The notes under the pieces: model-generated
What the model was told of the DNA's origin: nothing
What the model saw: the letters and a program-made list of their open reading frames with translations, nothing else
The model's database searches: none
From: Thermoplasmata archaeon
GTDB taxonomy: Archaea; Thermoplasmatota; E2; JACPAO01; JAHFTW01
Direction of reading: 5' to 3'
NCBI GenBank assembly: GCA_034667725.1
Contig: JAXDQS010000010.1
Location: 288,001-352,000 of the forward strand
DNA length: 64,000 nt
Position numbers and translations under genes: made by a program
Part shown: piece by piece, positions 25,171 to 34,851 of the stretch
How positions within the stretch are numbered: the stretch's first letter is position 1
Layout of the letters: each line of letters starts with the position of its first letter

Positions 25171-28138
25171 TCCGCTGGAAGTCGAGTTTGAGGAGCATAT
25201 CGAGCACCATCTCACGACGCAGGGTGGCTACGCGAAGCTTCCCCCCGGCGGCTTCGACCCCCGCTTGGCGTTGTGGCCCGCCGAGTTCATCGCGTGGCTC
25301 AAGGAGTCGCAACCCAGGGCGTGGGCCAAGCTAGAGGAGAGTTTCCAAGGGGAAGCTTCGGCCCGTGTCATCGACGGCCTCGTGAAGGCCATCCGCGACT
25401 CCAAGAACGGCCTGCTGGATGTGCTTAGGCGCGGCTTCGAGTTCTACGGCCAACACCTCGCCCTCGCCCAATTCGCCCCGGCAAGCGGGCTGAATCCTGA
25501 GTCGCGCAGGCTGTACGGGTTGAACCGCCTCGCCGTGGCCCGCCAGGTCCATCAGAGTCCCGGCCGGCACGACCAGAGCCTCGACATGGTTTTCGTTCTG
25601 AACGGCATCCCCTTTGCGACATTGGAGCTCAAGAACGAGGCCACCGGACAAGGCCGCACCCATGCTGAGGCGCAGTACGCGCGGCGCGATGCCCGCGACC
25701 CCATCTTCGCCTTCAAGCAGCGGGGTCTTGTCCACTTCGCCGTCGACACCTCCAGCGTGAGCTACGCGACGGCCGTGCGCGGTGCGGACACCTTCTTCCT
25801 GCCCTTCAACAAGGGGTTCAACGACGGCGCCGGCAACCCGCCTGTGGCCGGCAAGCACGCCACGAGCTACCTCTGGGAGGAAGTCCTGGCACATGATAGC
25901 GTCCTGGACCTCCTCCAGCGATTCCTCCACGTGCAGCGCGAACGGAAGGAAGGCCCCGACGGAAGGGCCGTCACGAAGGAGAACCTCGTCTTCCCTCGCT
26001 ACCATCAGTTGCGCTCCGTCCGCCGCCTTGTCGCCGCCGCTGCCAGTGAAGGGGCCGGGAAGACCTATCTCGTGCAGCATTCGGCAGGCAGCGGCAAAAG
26101 CAACAGCATCGCGTGGCTCGCGCACCGCTTGGCGAGCCTGCACGATGCATCCGACCAGAAGGTGTTCGACACCGTCATCATCCTCACGGACCGAACCGTG
26201 CTGGACTCGCAATTGCAGGACACCGTCTTCCAGTTCGACCACGAGCCCGGCGTCGTCCAGAAGATCGATGAACGCAGCAGCCAGCTCGCCGACGCGCTTC
26301 GCTCGGGGCGCCAGATCATCATCTCGACGCAGCAGAAGTTCCACTATGTGGGCGAGCTCATCGGCCAACTCCCCGCACGAAAGTACGCCATCATCGTGGA
26401 CGAAGCACACAGCGGGCAGACCGGCGACACGAGCCACCAGGTCAAGCAAGTCATCGGCGACGTGCAGGAAGCGCCTCCGGAAGGGTTGGAGCCTTGGGCC
26501 GAGGCGGCCTGGTACAGCAGCAAGACCCGCGGCAAGCTCCACAACCTGAGCTTCTTCGCCTTCACTGCGACACCGAAGCACAAGACCCTGGAGACGTTTG
26601 GACGCCGTGGCCCGGATGGCAAGCCGGCGCCGTTCGACCTGTACTCCATGAAGCAGGCTATCGAGGAGCGTTTCATCCTTGACGTACTGCAGAACTACAC
26701 GACCTGGAAGTCCTACTACGGCGTCATGAAGGTCCTGGCGGAGGACCCCGAACTGAAGGAGAAGGCAGCCAAGAAGGCGGTGGTACGCTTCGCGATGCTG
26801 CACCCGACCAACATCGGCCAGAAGGTCACCATCATCATCGAGCACTTCCGCGAGCATGTCCGGAACAAGCTAGAGGGGCGTGCCCGAGCCATGGTCGTCA
26901 CCGACAGCCGCCTGGCGGCCAAGCGCTACAAGCAGGCGTTCGACAAGTACGTCGAGGAGCACCGCATCGAAGGGATCCGCAGTCTCGTCGCGTTCAGCGG
27001 GACCGTCAAGGATCCTGACGAGGAAGGTGCCGAGTACACGGAGGCCAGCATGAACGGCTTCCCGGACACCCAGACTGCAAAGAGATTCCGCGAGGGCGAT
27101 TATCGCGTTCTGCTGGTGGCCGACAAGTATCAGACGGGCTACGACGAGCCACTGCTCTGCGCGATGTACGTGGACAAGAAGTTGCGCGGCGTGAATGCGG
27201 TGCAGACCTTGAGCCGGCTCAACCGCAGGACGCCAGGCAAGCACGCCTTCGTGCTGGACTTCGCTAACACCCACCAAGAAATCCTGGGGGCCTTCCAGCC
27301 GTACTACCGCGACGCTCGTATCGAGAGCGCCACCGACCCGCAGGAACTCTACCGCCTGAAGACGAATCTCCTGGATGCGCAGGTCTTCGGCCAGGTTGAC
27401 ATCGACGATTACTGCCGTACGTTCTTCGGCTCCCGTGAAGCCCCTCACCTGGAGCACCCTGCCCTCGTGGGCGTGCTGCAGCGTTGCGTTCCTGCCTTCG
27501 AAGGCCTGCAGGAAGACGCCAAGGACGACTTCACGCGCGCATTGAAAGGCTACATCGGGCTCTACAGTTTCGTCTCCACGATTGGCCATTTCTCGGACTC
27601 GACGCTGGAGAAGCTCTACGTCTTCAGCCGCGCCCTGCGCGGCTACCTGCCAATCAAGGGCGAGCAGACCAAGTATGACCTGGGTGACAGCCTTGCCTTG
27701 GAATACCTGCGGCACGAGCCGAAGGAGGAGGGCCGGATCAAGCTTCACGAGACCTCGGCGCCGGTCGCGGCCGGGCCGGGTGAAGGGGGTATCCCGAAAG
27801 AGCAGAAGCGAGAGATGCTGAGTAAGATCATCCGCAAGGTGAATGAGGTCCTTGGCGCAGAGTGGACGGAGGAGGACAAACTCAACATCGAGCAATGGGG
27901 CATGGACCTCATGGAACGCAGTGGCACACAGGAAGCCGCCGCCAACAACTCGCGCGACCGTTTCGAGCTGTATGTCCGCGACCAGCTCAGGAACATCATC
28001 ATCGATCGGCTGGACCGGAACCAGGACCTAGGTCGTTCCATCCTCAACACCCCCGAGGTCTATGACTTGCTGGCCCGCGAGTACGCCCGCGACTTGTACG
28101 AACGCCTTCGACGGGCACCCGCGGCTGGCCCCGGATGA
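25163..28138 (+). CDS. hsdR: Type I restriction endonuclease subunit R
   Basis: D...ELK nuclease motif, QHSAGSGKS, VDEAH, FTATPK, QTGYDEP, QTLSRLNR. Confidence 0.96.
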   Translation: MRNPLEVEFEEHIEHHLTTQGGYAKLPPGGFDPRLALWPAEFIAWLKESQPRAWAKLEESFQGEASARVIDGLVKAIRDSKNGLLDVLRRGFEFYGQHLALAQFAPASGLNPESRRLYGLNRLAVARQVHQSPGRHDQSLDMVFVLNGIPFATLELKNEATGQGRTHAEAQYARRDARDPIFAFKQRGLVHFAVDTSSVSYATAVRGADTFFLPFNKGFNDGAGNPPVAGKHATSYLWEEVLAHDSVLDLLQRFLHVQRERKEGPDGRAVTKENLVFPRYHQLRSVRRLVAAAASEGAGKTYLVQHSAGSGKSNSIAWLAHRLASLHDASDQKVFDTVIILTDRTVLDSQLQDTVFQFDHEPGVVQKIDERSSQLADALRSGRQIIISTQQKFHYVGELIGQLPARKYAIIVDEAHSGQTGDTSHQVKQVIGDVQEAPPEGLEPWAEAAWYSSKTRGKLHNLSFFAFTATPKHKTLETFGRRGPDGKPAPFDLYSMKQAIEERFILDVLQNYTTWKSYYGVMKVLAEDPELKEKAAKKAVVRFAMLHPTNIGQKVTIIIEHFREHVRNKLEGRARAMVVTDSRLAAKRYKQAFDKYVEEHRIEGIRSLVAFSGTVKDPDEEGAEYTEASMNGFPDTQTAKRFREGDYRVLLVADKYQTGYDEPLLCAMYVDKKLRGVNAVQTLSRLNRRTPGKHAFVLDFANTHQEILGAFQPYYRDARIESATDPQELYRLKTNLLDAQVFGQVDIDDYCRTFFGSREAPHLEHPALVGVLQRCVPAFEGLQEDAKDDFTRALKGYIGLYSFVSTIGHFSDSTLEKLYVFSRALRGYLPIKGEQTKYDLGDSLALEYLRHEPKEEGRIKLHETSAPVAAGPGEGGIPKEQKREMLSKIIRKVNEVLGAEWTEEDKLNIEQWGMDLMERSGTQEAAANNSRDRFELYVRDQLRNIIIDRLDRNQDLGRSILNTPEVYDLLAREYARDLYERLRRAPAAGPG

Positions 28139-28197
28139 AAGCACATTCACTCGCCCCAGCCGGCTAGACATGACCCATTCCACCCATTCCGGGCGGC

Positions 28198-28497
28198 ATG
28201 CGGCCGCAGCGACCCGCGTTCCACCCGAAACACCCTCTGGCAAGGCAGTTGGCCGAACTAGTTCAGAAGGATGCGAAACTGCTGGCCGTCATTCTGGTCA
28301 ACCCTCCCGACCGTGCCGCGGCCTGGATCTTGCCGAGACTACCGGATATTCTGCTCAAGGGAATCGACGCTGGAGCAGCGGACTTCCTTAGGATTCTCAA
28401 CGTACCATCATGCCACAAGGCCTTGTCGGAGGAGGTTGTCGCCATGCTCCGAGCGCGGGCTGTCGACCCGCCCAACTTCGTAGAGGGCGGTGCCTAA
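28198..28497 (+). CDS. Hypothetical protein
   Basis: 99-aa amphipathic ORF. Confidence 0.4.
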   Translation: MRPQRPAFHPKHPLARQLAELVQKDAKLLAVILVNPPDRAAAWILPRLPDILLKGIDAGAADFLRILNVPSCHKALSEEVVAMLRARAVDPPNFVEGGA

Positions 28498-28578
28498 TGA
28501 TCCGTGGCTACCGCCTCCCCGCGTCCCCAATCTGCACGTCGATCCACACGACCATCGCCCATCTGGGCGACCCCGTCG

Positions 28579-28748
28579 TGCCCGGTTTGTGCCGGGTCTT
28601 GAAAGATGTCCTGCGGGGCCTGTGCCGGTCGCGGGCGCATGGCCTGCCCCCGTTGCGCCAAGGCTCCCGGGCACAAACCAAGGTGCACAGGCTGCAACGG
28701 CTACAGCTTCGCCAACGCTCCCTGCAAAAGCTGCAACGGTACCGGCTC
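28579..28748 (+). pseudogene. DnaJ-type CxxCxGxG zinc-finger gene remnant
   Basis: CPVCAGS*KMSCGACAGRGRMACPRC...CTGCNG...CKSCNGTG with in-frame TGA at 28600. Confidence 0.55.
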
Positions 28749-28964
28749 GACCTCGAACCGCCGATTGTTCTCTGTGTCCTCCAAGAGGAGGTCAAGGCGG
28801 CCGTTGGTGGTCTGTCGCTTCTCGTAAGCACGAGGCAGGAGGTCGGACCCTAGGCCGAGAATGGAGGGATCGTCGTGGATAAGATCCTGCACCCAGCGCT
28901 CGGTAAAGTAAGCGTGGCCGCGCAACGACAGCGCTTTGGCCTTCACGAATTGCGGGGGAGTCAT
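28746..28964 (-). pseudogene. Truncated NucS-like PD-(D/E)XK endonuclease
   Basis: ERWVQDLIHDDPSILGLG...GRLDLLLED...RFEVE, after which the recognisable sequence breaks off. Confidence 0.6.
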
Positions 28965-29006
28965 GGCACCCCTACAGCAATAGCCGTCTCTTCAGGCTGC
29001 CGTTGC

Positions 29007-30194
29007 CTAAAACTGGTCGAGTTTTCTTGACGCCGCCTTGGTAGGCAGGTTCTCGGCGGCCTCAGGCGCTTGGCCGATGACCTCGAAAGAGAGCGGCTCG
29101 TCGATGTACGACATGGGTCCTTTCCGCTTCACTTGGCCTACGACTTTGACCAAGGCGTCCGCGTGGTGCGCGGCGATAGCGCGCTTGTACTGAGCCTGGT
29201 TAAGAGTCACACGGACCTTTCGTGGTCCTTCCGCGAGCTGGTTGCCAATCCCAACACCGTGAACGCCTGCTTTCTTCTCCTCTTTCAGGAGGAAGACAAG
29301 ACCGACGACGGTCACAGGTTCCTCTGGATGGCGGCCTCGCAGGACGGGGCCCGCCTCTTCGATAAGTGACATGAACTCCGAAGGAACGACGACTCGTTTT
29401 GCCGCCGCCGCAGGGGCGGGACGACCGGATGCCCACGAGGCACCCAGAGATACCGACACCAAGGGAGAAGACGCCGCGATGTGCGCTAACGCCTCGCATA
29501 GATTCGCGTTTACGCCTTCCTCGATATGGTCCTTGAAAACCTCGATGTTTCCCTTCTGGCGGGCGTCTTTAGCGGCAACAACCACGGCTTCTACCGACCT
29601 GACCATGTTGGTGGTTGCGACGCGGCTGAACGGCTCCTCTGCGGTCTTCGGGGCGACTTTGGCGAACTCATCCAGGTTGGCCGCCAAGGGTGCGAAGACC
29701 TTCACCACAAAGCTGCCGCGTTCTGGTGTGGCAATCTCCAACGAATCGAGGTAGCGCTCTACCCGATCCGTGCTACGCCCAAGGAAGACGGGTTGCCTCT
29801 TTTCTACGGCGGCTGCCCCGGCAAAGAACATGTTGCGCACCCCGCGGACCATGTCGGCCGCCTCGCCTAGCTTTGCGCGTCCCTTATCGTGGACGCCGCC
29901 CTGAAGCCGGACTCGGACAACGTCGTGGTGCTTCACGAACACGTCATCGAACACTTCGGAGAGCACAGCGCCTTCAAAGTTAGCGTAAGATTTGAGCGCC
30001 ATCGCGAGGAGGGCTGGGTAGTCTCTGGCTTGCGGTCGAAGGGGGACCGCGATGTGCTCAACAACCTCCTTGCCCTCCATGCGCAGCCAGGTGGCCATGA
30101 ATCCGTCTTTCTCTGCAGCAACCCATCCCTGTGCTTTGAGGAACAGCGCAATGTCGTCCGGAGCGGCATCCTTGAGCTGGCCAATGTCCGGCAT
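29007..30194 (-). CDS. Hypothetical protein coupled to the DUF4365-like gene
   Basis: About 395 aa; TGATG overlap with the upstream gene; ERGSFVV and GVNANLCEAL motifs. Confidence 0.75.
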   Translation of the reverse strand: MPDIGQLKDAAPDDIALFLKAQGWVAAEKDGFMATWLRMEGKEVVEHIAVPLRPQARDYPALLAMALKSYANFEGAVLSEVFDDVFVKHHDVVRVRLQGGVHDKGRAKLGEAADMVRGVRNMFFAGAAAVEKRQPVFLGRSTDRVERYLDSLEIATPERGSFVVKVFAPLAANLDEFAKVAPKTAEEPFSRVATTNMVRSVEAVVVAAKDARQKGNIEVFKDHIEEGVNANLCEALAHIAASSPLVSVSLGASWASGRPAPAAAAKRVVVPSEFMSLIEEAGPVLRGRHPEEPVTVVGLVFLLKEEKKAGVHGVGIGNQLAEGPRKVRVTLNQAQYKRAIAAHHADALVKVVGQVKRKGPMSYIDEPLSFEVIGQAPEAAENLPTKAASRKLDQF

Positions 30195-30715
30195 CAAATG
30201 CCTCCGTTGGCGGCCTTGAACGCCTCATTGGCCGCCCTCATCGCTGTGACCACGTTATCGGCACCTAGCAAATTGGTGTGCGGAATCCAGATGCGCTGGG
30301 TATCTGCGTTCTGCGTGGGGCCTTGGCCGTACAGGTGCGTCCAAAACACGCGACGATGCAGCCGTAAGCAATCGTGGTTGCAGGCCGCCCACCCCTCAGG
30401 CTCGCCGGGCAAATCCATCACAACCAACATGCGTGCGACGTTAGATGAGGCAGGATCGCGGAGCTTATTGTAGGTAGCAACGTCAAGGTCGTAGTGGACC
30501 TGACCATCGGTGGCGCCGAGATTACCCGTTGATTTGAGTTGCGCCTCCACAGTGAGGGACTTGTTCGCGTCAAACACCTTGAGGATGGTATCCGTCTTGT
30601 CATGGTCGGCACCGCTCGGTGTAGCGTGCGTCACGACACCGGCCGCCGACGCGATGGCGTCAAGGCAAGCGCGATGAAACAGCTCCATGCGACTCGTCTT
30701 CGGAAGCACTCCCAT
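30194..30715 (-). CDS. DUF4365-like PD-(D/E)XK-fold protein
   Basis: D..KTD...EAQLKST...YDL...YNKLR...MLVVMDLP...W pattern. Confidence 0.7.
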   Translation of the reverse strand: MGVLPKTSRMELFHRACLDAIASAAGVVTHATPSGADHDKTDTILKVFDANKSLTVEAQLKSTGNLGATDGQVHYDLDVATYNKLRDPASSNVARMLVVMDLPGEPEGWAACNHDCLRLHRRVFWTHLYGQGPTQNADTQRIWIPHTNLLGADNVVTAMRAANEAFKAANGGI

Positions 30716-30876
30716 GGCGCAGGGTGTCCAGGAATCAAACGGCCAAGGACTTTTTCCTGTCGAATCAAACCATACGGAGGGAGGTTAGTGGGTACCGATG
30801 CCTCGCCTCTCGACCCGGCGACCAAGGCCAGGAAAGTTCATCCAACCGGGAGTCGTGTCAAATCGCGCGGATTGGA

Positions 30877-32436
30877 ATGAAGAGGGTTTACTCGAACCGA
30901 TTCCACATCCTCGGTGATTCCGCTGGTGCTCGGCAGCCGACGCTGTGGGACGACGTCATCCGAGAAGTCGAGGCTTGGGCAGTCGACGTCGCGACACGTC
31001 GCGGGGCACCCGCGGTGGACACTGCCGTCCTCCGCAAGCCCGGAGGGTATGCAGCGCCCAATGGCTTCACCGTCGAGATCAATGACATTCGCGGGACCAA
31101 GGCCAACCTGTTCTCCGTCAAGGTCACGCACCTTGATGCGGACAACCCCCTTCTGAAGTGGCAAACCATCATTGAGGTTGCCGCGGCCAGCGGCAACATC
31201 GAGGTTCTGGTGACGATGTTCACTGGATACACCAAGCCCGTCATCCGACCTTTGGCATCGCGCGGAAGCCAGCCTCGCGTGGTCCGCAGCTTGGCGGAAA
31301 AGTTCCATTGCGCCATCAATGGCCAACGCCTCATAACGACCGCCATCCCCGGTGGACCATCTGCGGACCATTTCGTGGAAAGGGTTCTCCTCGACCCCGA
31401 ACGCATCATGCCGGTCGTCGTGGTCACCAAGAACAAAGAGGGCCGCTATCCCGTTGATGCCAAATGGCTGGCAAGTATCCTGGTCGGCATCGCCCAGGTC
31501 TACGTCGCCGACGATGATGCCTTCACGTTCAGCCTCACGGACCGGATTGGCCGGCCGCTCGGCGTCTTCGACGGCGGCGTGCGCACCTATTGGCCCCAGT
31601 TCCGCACCTCGGACTCGCCGCAGTTCCACACCTTGTTCTTGGGCTACCAGCTTGATGAGATGTACCGTCGTGGCGACAAGCCGCTCTTCGCCGTAGCCGA
31701 GCGATTGTACGCCCTTATGGCCGCCAGCCTCGTGGAGAGTCGGACCGGTGCGACCGCGAGGACGCTTATCGCGCAGGAGAAGATGGCTGGCGCAGAGAAG
31801 GCCAAGACCATCCCGCAGCTGCAGGCTGAACTCGTGCAGAGAGACGAACAAATCGCGGTCCTTACGGAGACGAACAAGGGCCTGCAAGCCCAAGTTGAGC
31901 AACTGCAGGATGCCATGTGGCAGATCAACGCCTTGCGCCGGGAAGGAGGCGAGCAGGTCGATTTCTTGGATACCTGCAAGGGGGCCAAGACGGCGGACCA
32001 AATCTTGGATGCTGCCGTCCAACTCCTGCCGGGCTTGGTCATCCACGACCACGCCTACACCACCAGCGACGGCGTCAAGAGCGGGCGACTGGACGAGCTT
32101 GCCAACACGCTCTACATCCTCGACCAGACCGCCTCTCGCTACAAGGATGGGGGCGGACTCGGCAAACCGTTCAAGGAAGTCGCCTTCGAGATTGCCCAGG
32201 AACGGAACCTGAAGCACGGCAAACTCACGATGAACGACTCCGAGACCGCGCTCAATCAGTTCCGCGACGAGAGGATGATTAGGTTCGAGGACCGGGACCT
32301 GACGCTGGAGTCGCACTTCACCATCGCCAAGGGATCGGTCGATTGCCTGAACGTCTACTTCGAGCCGCTGCCGAACCGCAAGCAAGTGCTCGTTGGCTAC
32401 GTCGGTCCGCACCTAACCAACAAGGGGAATCGCTGA
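30877..32436 (+). CDS. Hypothetical multidomain protein (coiled coil plus RelE-like C-terminus), candidate defence effector
   Basis: PVVVVT, GGVRTYWP, central heptad region, C-terminal HFTI...LNVYF...VLVGYVGPHL. Confidence 0.65.
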   Translation: MKRVYSNRFHILGDSAGARQPTLWDDVIREVEAWAVDVATRRGAPAVDTAVLRKPGGYAAPNGFTVEINDIRGTKANLFSVKVTHLDADNPLLKWQTIIEVAAASGNIEVLVTMFTGYTKPVIRPLASRGSQPRVVRSLAEKFHCAINGQRLITTAIPGGPSADHFVERVLLDPERIMPVVVVTKNKEGRYPVDAKWLASILVGIAQVYVADDDAFTFSLTDRIGRPLGVFDGGVRTYWPQFRTSDSPQFHTLFLGYQLDEMYRRGDKPLFAVAERLYALMAASLVESRTGATARTLIAQEKMAGAEKAKTIPQLQAELVQRDEQIAVLTETNKGLQAQVEQLQDAMWQINALRREGGEQVDFLDTCKGAKTADQILDAAVQLLPGLVIHDHAYTTSDGVKSGRLDELANTLYILDQTASRYKDGGGLGKPFKEVAFEIAQERNLKHGKLTMNDSETALNQFRDERMIRFEDRDLTLESHFTIAKGSVDCLNVYFEPLPNRKQVLVGYVGPHLTNKGNR

Positions 32437-32972
32437 TTATCCGACCTTGAACAGACGATGTTGGGGAACAGGAGGCTCGTCAAACAGGCGCACAGCCGCC
32501 GATCGATGCATGGCGGATCGCAAGCGTGGCAGCCTTGCGCGATTCAACACCCTGGCCAAGATGTCTTACGCGGGCTAAGTTGACAAGCCAACCGAGAGTC
32601 GTCATAGCTGTACGGCATTTTCCCTAAGACCACCTGCTCTTTCTGTCGACATGCCTCTAACGGCTCCCTGTGACTTCGCGTTGTAGCCCCGTTGTAGCCA
32701 TCCGCCACCGGACCCACTTCACGGTCCGGTAGCCGGCGGCGTCATGCACCTGCGGCTCCAAGTCCACTTCCTGCGATGAGCAGGTGACGCGGAACTGGTT
32801 CGGCACCACGTCCTTTGGCAGTCTACGAGTCTGCGATTCCCAACTCCTCGCAGATTGGTGCAACCGCGTCGCGAAAGTCTGAAGCAGAGCGCCTGCATCC
32901 ACCCCTTTGGCGAGCAGGTCGGGTTTGTGTGCCAAACCCCCCCTAGTTCGTGTGCCTCCAGAATGGGCGTCC

Positions 32973-32996
32973 GGGTTCAAATCCCAGTGTCCCCAT
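32973..32996 (+). repeat. att core, right copy (duplicated tRNA-Trp 3' end)
   Basis: Identical to 11803-11826. Confidence 0.93.
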
Positions 32997-33034
32997 TCTG
33001 CAGCCCGGCCGGTTTCGCTGCGAAGCGTCCGACG

Positions 33035-34231
33035 TCAACCCTGCACGGCCCGCCGGGCCGCGACCATCTGGTAGGCGGCGACCGTCAAGGTCACGACGAC
33101 GACCAGGAGCGTCAGGCCGGCGGCGACCGTGAACAGGCTGGACTTCCAGTCGAACGCGACCGGCGGCGGGCGGGGCTCGACGTTGGCCGTCATGACGGCG
33201 CCGTCAATCAGCTCGTTGCACTCGTTGCGGGCTTGCAGGCCGGCGTAGCCGGGCTGGACGTCGTCCCACCACAGGTCGAGCACGAACGCCTCGGGGGCGG
33301 CCTGCGCGAAGGTCATCTCGTAGGTGGCAAGGACAGCGGGGCCGTGGACCTCGACGTAGTAGTCGCCGAACTGGTCGAGCGGGACCTCGAGGGTCGCGGC
33401 GGCGGGCGCGTTGAGGGCGGGCGCCAAGGTGAAGTTGCCGAGGGCGGCGCCGTCGGGGGCGTACACGGTGAACGCGAGGGCGGTCGAGCCGGCGGGCGCC
33501 ATGCTCTCCGATCGGGCGGACAGGGTGGCCTTGCCGAACAGCCGCTCGTTGGGGATGGCGTGCACGCGGGAGTGGGCCTCCTCGCGCACCAGGTAAGGCG
33601 TGCCGTCGGCGGGCTCGGCATGGCTCCACGAGGCCGGCCCCTGGCGGCTGGCGCCGGCGGGGGAGCCGACGCGCAGGTGCATCTCCCAGGCGTCGGCGTC
33701 GCCGGCCGCCTGGATGGCCCCGGTGGCGTCGTCCCGGAAGCCGCGCTGCGTGACGAACCAGGTGGCCTGGAACGCGTCGGCGCCCGTGACCGGGTCCAGG
33801 ATGGGCGCGGGCCCCAGGCGCACGGTGGCGTCGATGGTGGTGGCCATCATGGTTGCCGGCAGCGTTTGGGAGAACCCGGAGGCGGCGGCTGGCACCAAGG
33901 TGTCGGCCGCGATGCTGTCGGGCGTGCGGTTGGCGGGCGCGAACTCGCCGACGTCGATGGTCAGCGGGACGGTGCCCCAGTTGCCCAAGGCCTGGATGCG
34001 GCCCTTGTTGAGGTCGGGGCGGAGCTTGGCCCAGCCGCATCCGGAGAACGGCTCCTGGACCTGGCTGGCGGCGTCGGCCCCCACCGCGAAGTGGCCCGAG
34101 GCGTGGGTGCCGGCCGCGTAGTAGTAGTCGATGCCGTCGACGTTGTACATCGCCTCCGCCTGGCTGGCGCCGGGCGCGGGCAGAGCCAGGAGCCCCAGGA
34201 GGACGGCCAGGGCGGGCAGCAGGCCGCGCAT
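33035..34231 (-). CDS. Exported protein with C-terminal TM anchor
   Basis: Signal peptide MRGLLPALAVLLGLLAL; C-terminal hydrophobic helix followed by RR. Confidence 0.75.
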   Translation of the reverse strand: MRGLLPALAVLLGLLALPAPGASQAEAMYNVDGIDYYYAAGTHASGHFAVGADAASQVQEPFSGCGWAKLRPDLNKGRIQALGNWGTVPLTIDVGEFAPANRTPDSIAADTLVPAAASGFSQTLPATMMATTIDATVRLGPAPILDPVTGADAFQATWFVTQRGFRDDATGAIQAAGDADAWEMHLRVGSPAGASRQGPASWSHAEPADGTPYLVREEAHSRVHAIPNERLFGKATLSARSESMAPAGSTALAFTVYAPDGAALGNFTLAPALNAPAAATLEVPLDQFGDYYVEVHGPAVLATYEMTFAQAAPEAFVLDLWWDDVQPGYAGLQARNECNELIDGAVMTANVEPRPPPVAFDWKSSLFTVAAGLTLLVVVVTLTVAAYQMVAARRAVQG

Positions 34232-34851
34232 CACGCGTCCCTCCGTCCGTGCAGCAGCCCGGCGACCACTTCGAGGTCGACCTGGCCCGCCTGGAACTTG
34301 AACAACCCGGCGCCGAGGGCGGGGATCAACGAGGCGGCCGCGGCGTACCATCCCCACGAGATGTTGGTGGAGGTGTAGCCGGTCGGCTCGTCCAGCCGCG
34401 CCGAGAACTGCGACTCCACGCCGTGGGCCGCCATCGACTCCGGCATCCACAGCCAAGCCATGACGGCGGCGGCCGCGATGGCCGCGACGGCCACGGCCAC
34501 GAGCGCCAAGGCGATCCGCCGCCGAATGACGCGGTCCACGAACGGAATCTCGCCGAGGAGGACCAGCCCCAAGGCGACGGCGGCCGTGGCAAGGGCGGCG
34601 GGCAGGTACGTGGCCAGGCGCTCGGCCAGCTCGGCGTCCGGCTGGACGTCGCCGGTCCAGCGGTCGGCGTTGTAGGCCAGATGGTGCCGGACGATGCCGT
34701 CCTCGCCTTGGTTGTAGGCGCCGTCCGGCGCCGTCTGGCGGCCGCTGCTGTGGTCGTACTCGAACCAGGTCAGGGACCAGGCGCCGGCCAGCCCGGCAAG
34801 GGCGAGGATGGCCATGGCCGCGGCGCCCAGGCTCCGTTCGTGCGGCTTCAC
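34231..34851 (-). CDS. Membrane protein (about 4 TM)
   Basis: Hydrophobic helices; start and stop overlap both neighbours. Confidence 0.7.
   Translation of the reverse strand: MKPHERSLGAAAMAILALAGLAGAWSLTWFEYDHSSGRQTAPDGAYNQGEDGIVRHHLAYNADRWTGDVQPDAELAERLATYLPAALATAAVALGLVLLGEIPFVDRVIRRRIALALVAVAVAAIAAAAVMAWLWMPESMAAHGVESQFSARLDEPTGYTSTNISWGWYAAAASLIPALGAGLFKFQAGQVDLEVVAGLLHGRRDA

Larger units (their letters stand above)
11803..32996. mobile_element. tRNA-Trp-integrated genomic island (about 21 kb) with toxin and defence cargo; no intact integrase seen
   Basis: 24-bp direct repeat GGGTTCAAATCCCAGTGTCCCCAT at 11803-11826 and 32973-32996; lower GC and different codon usage inside. Confidence 0.92.

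Noticed and set aside
28600-28602. In-frame TGA inside a Cys-rich frame as possible selenocysteine or readthrough
   Set aside because: It falls at the Gly position of CxxCxGxG (GGA to TGA), so a nonsense mutation is the simpler explanation
32657-32980. ORF at the right att as a split SSV-type integrase fragment
   Set aside because: No R...HxxR...Y catalytic motifs; at most a weak N-terminal remnant, not supportable
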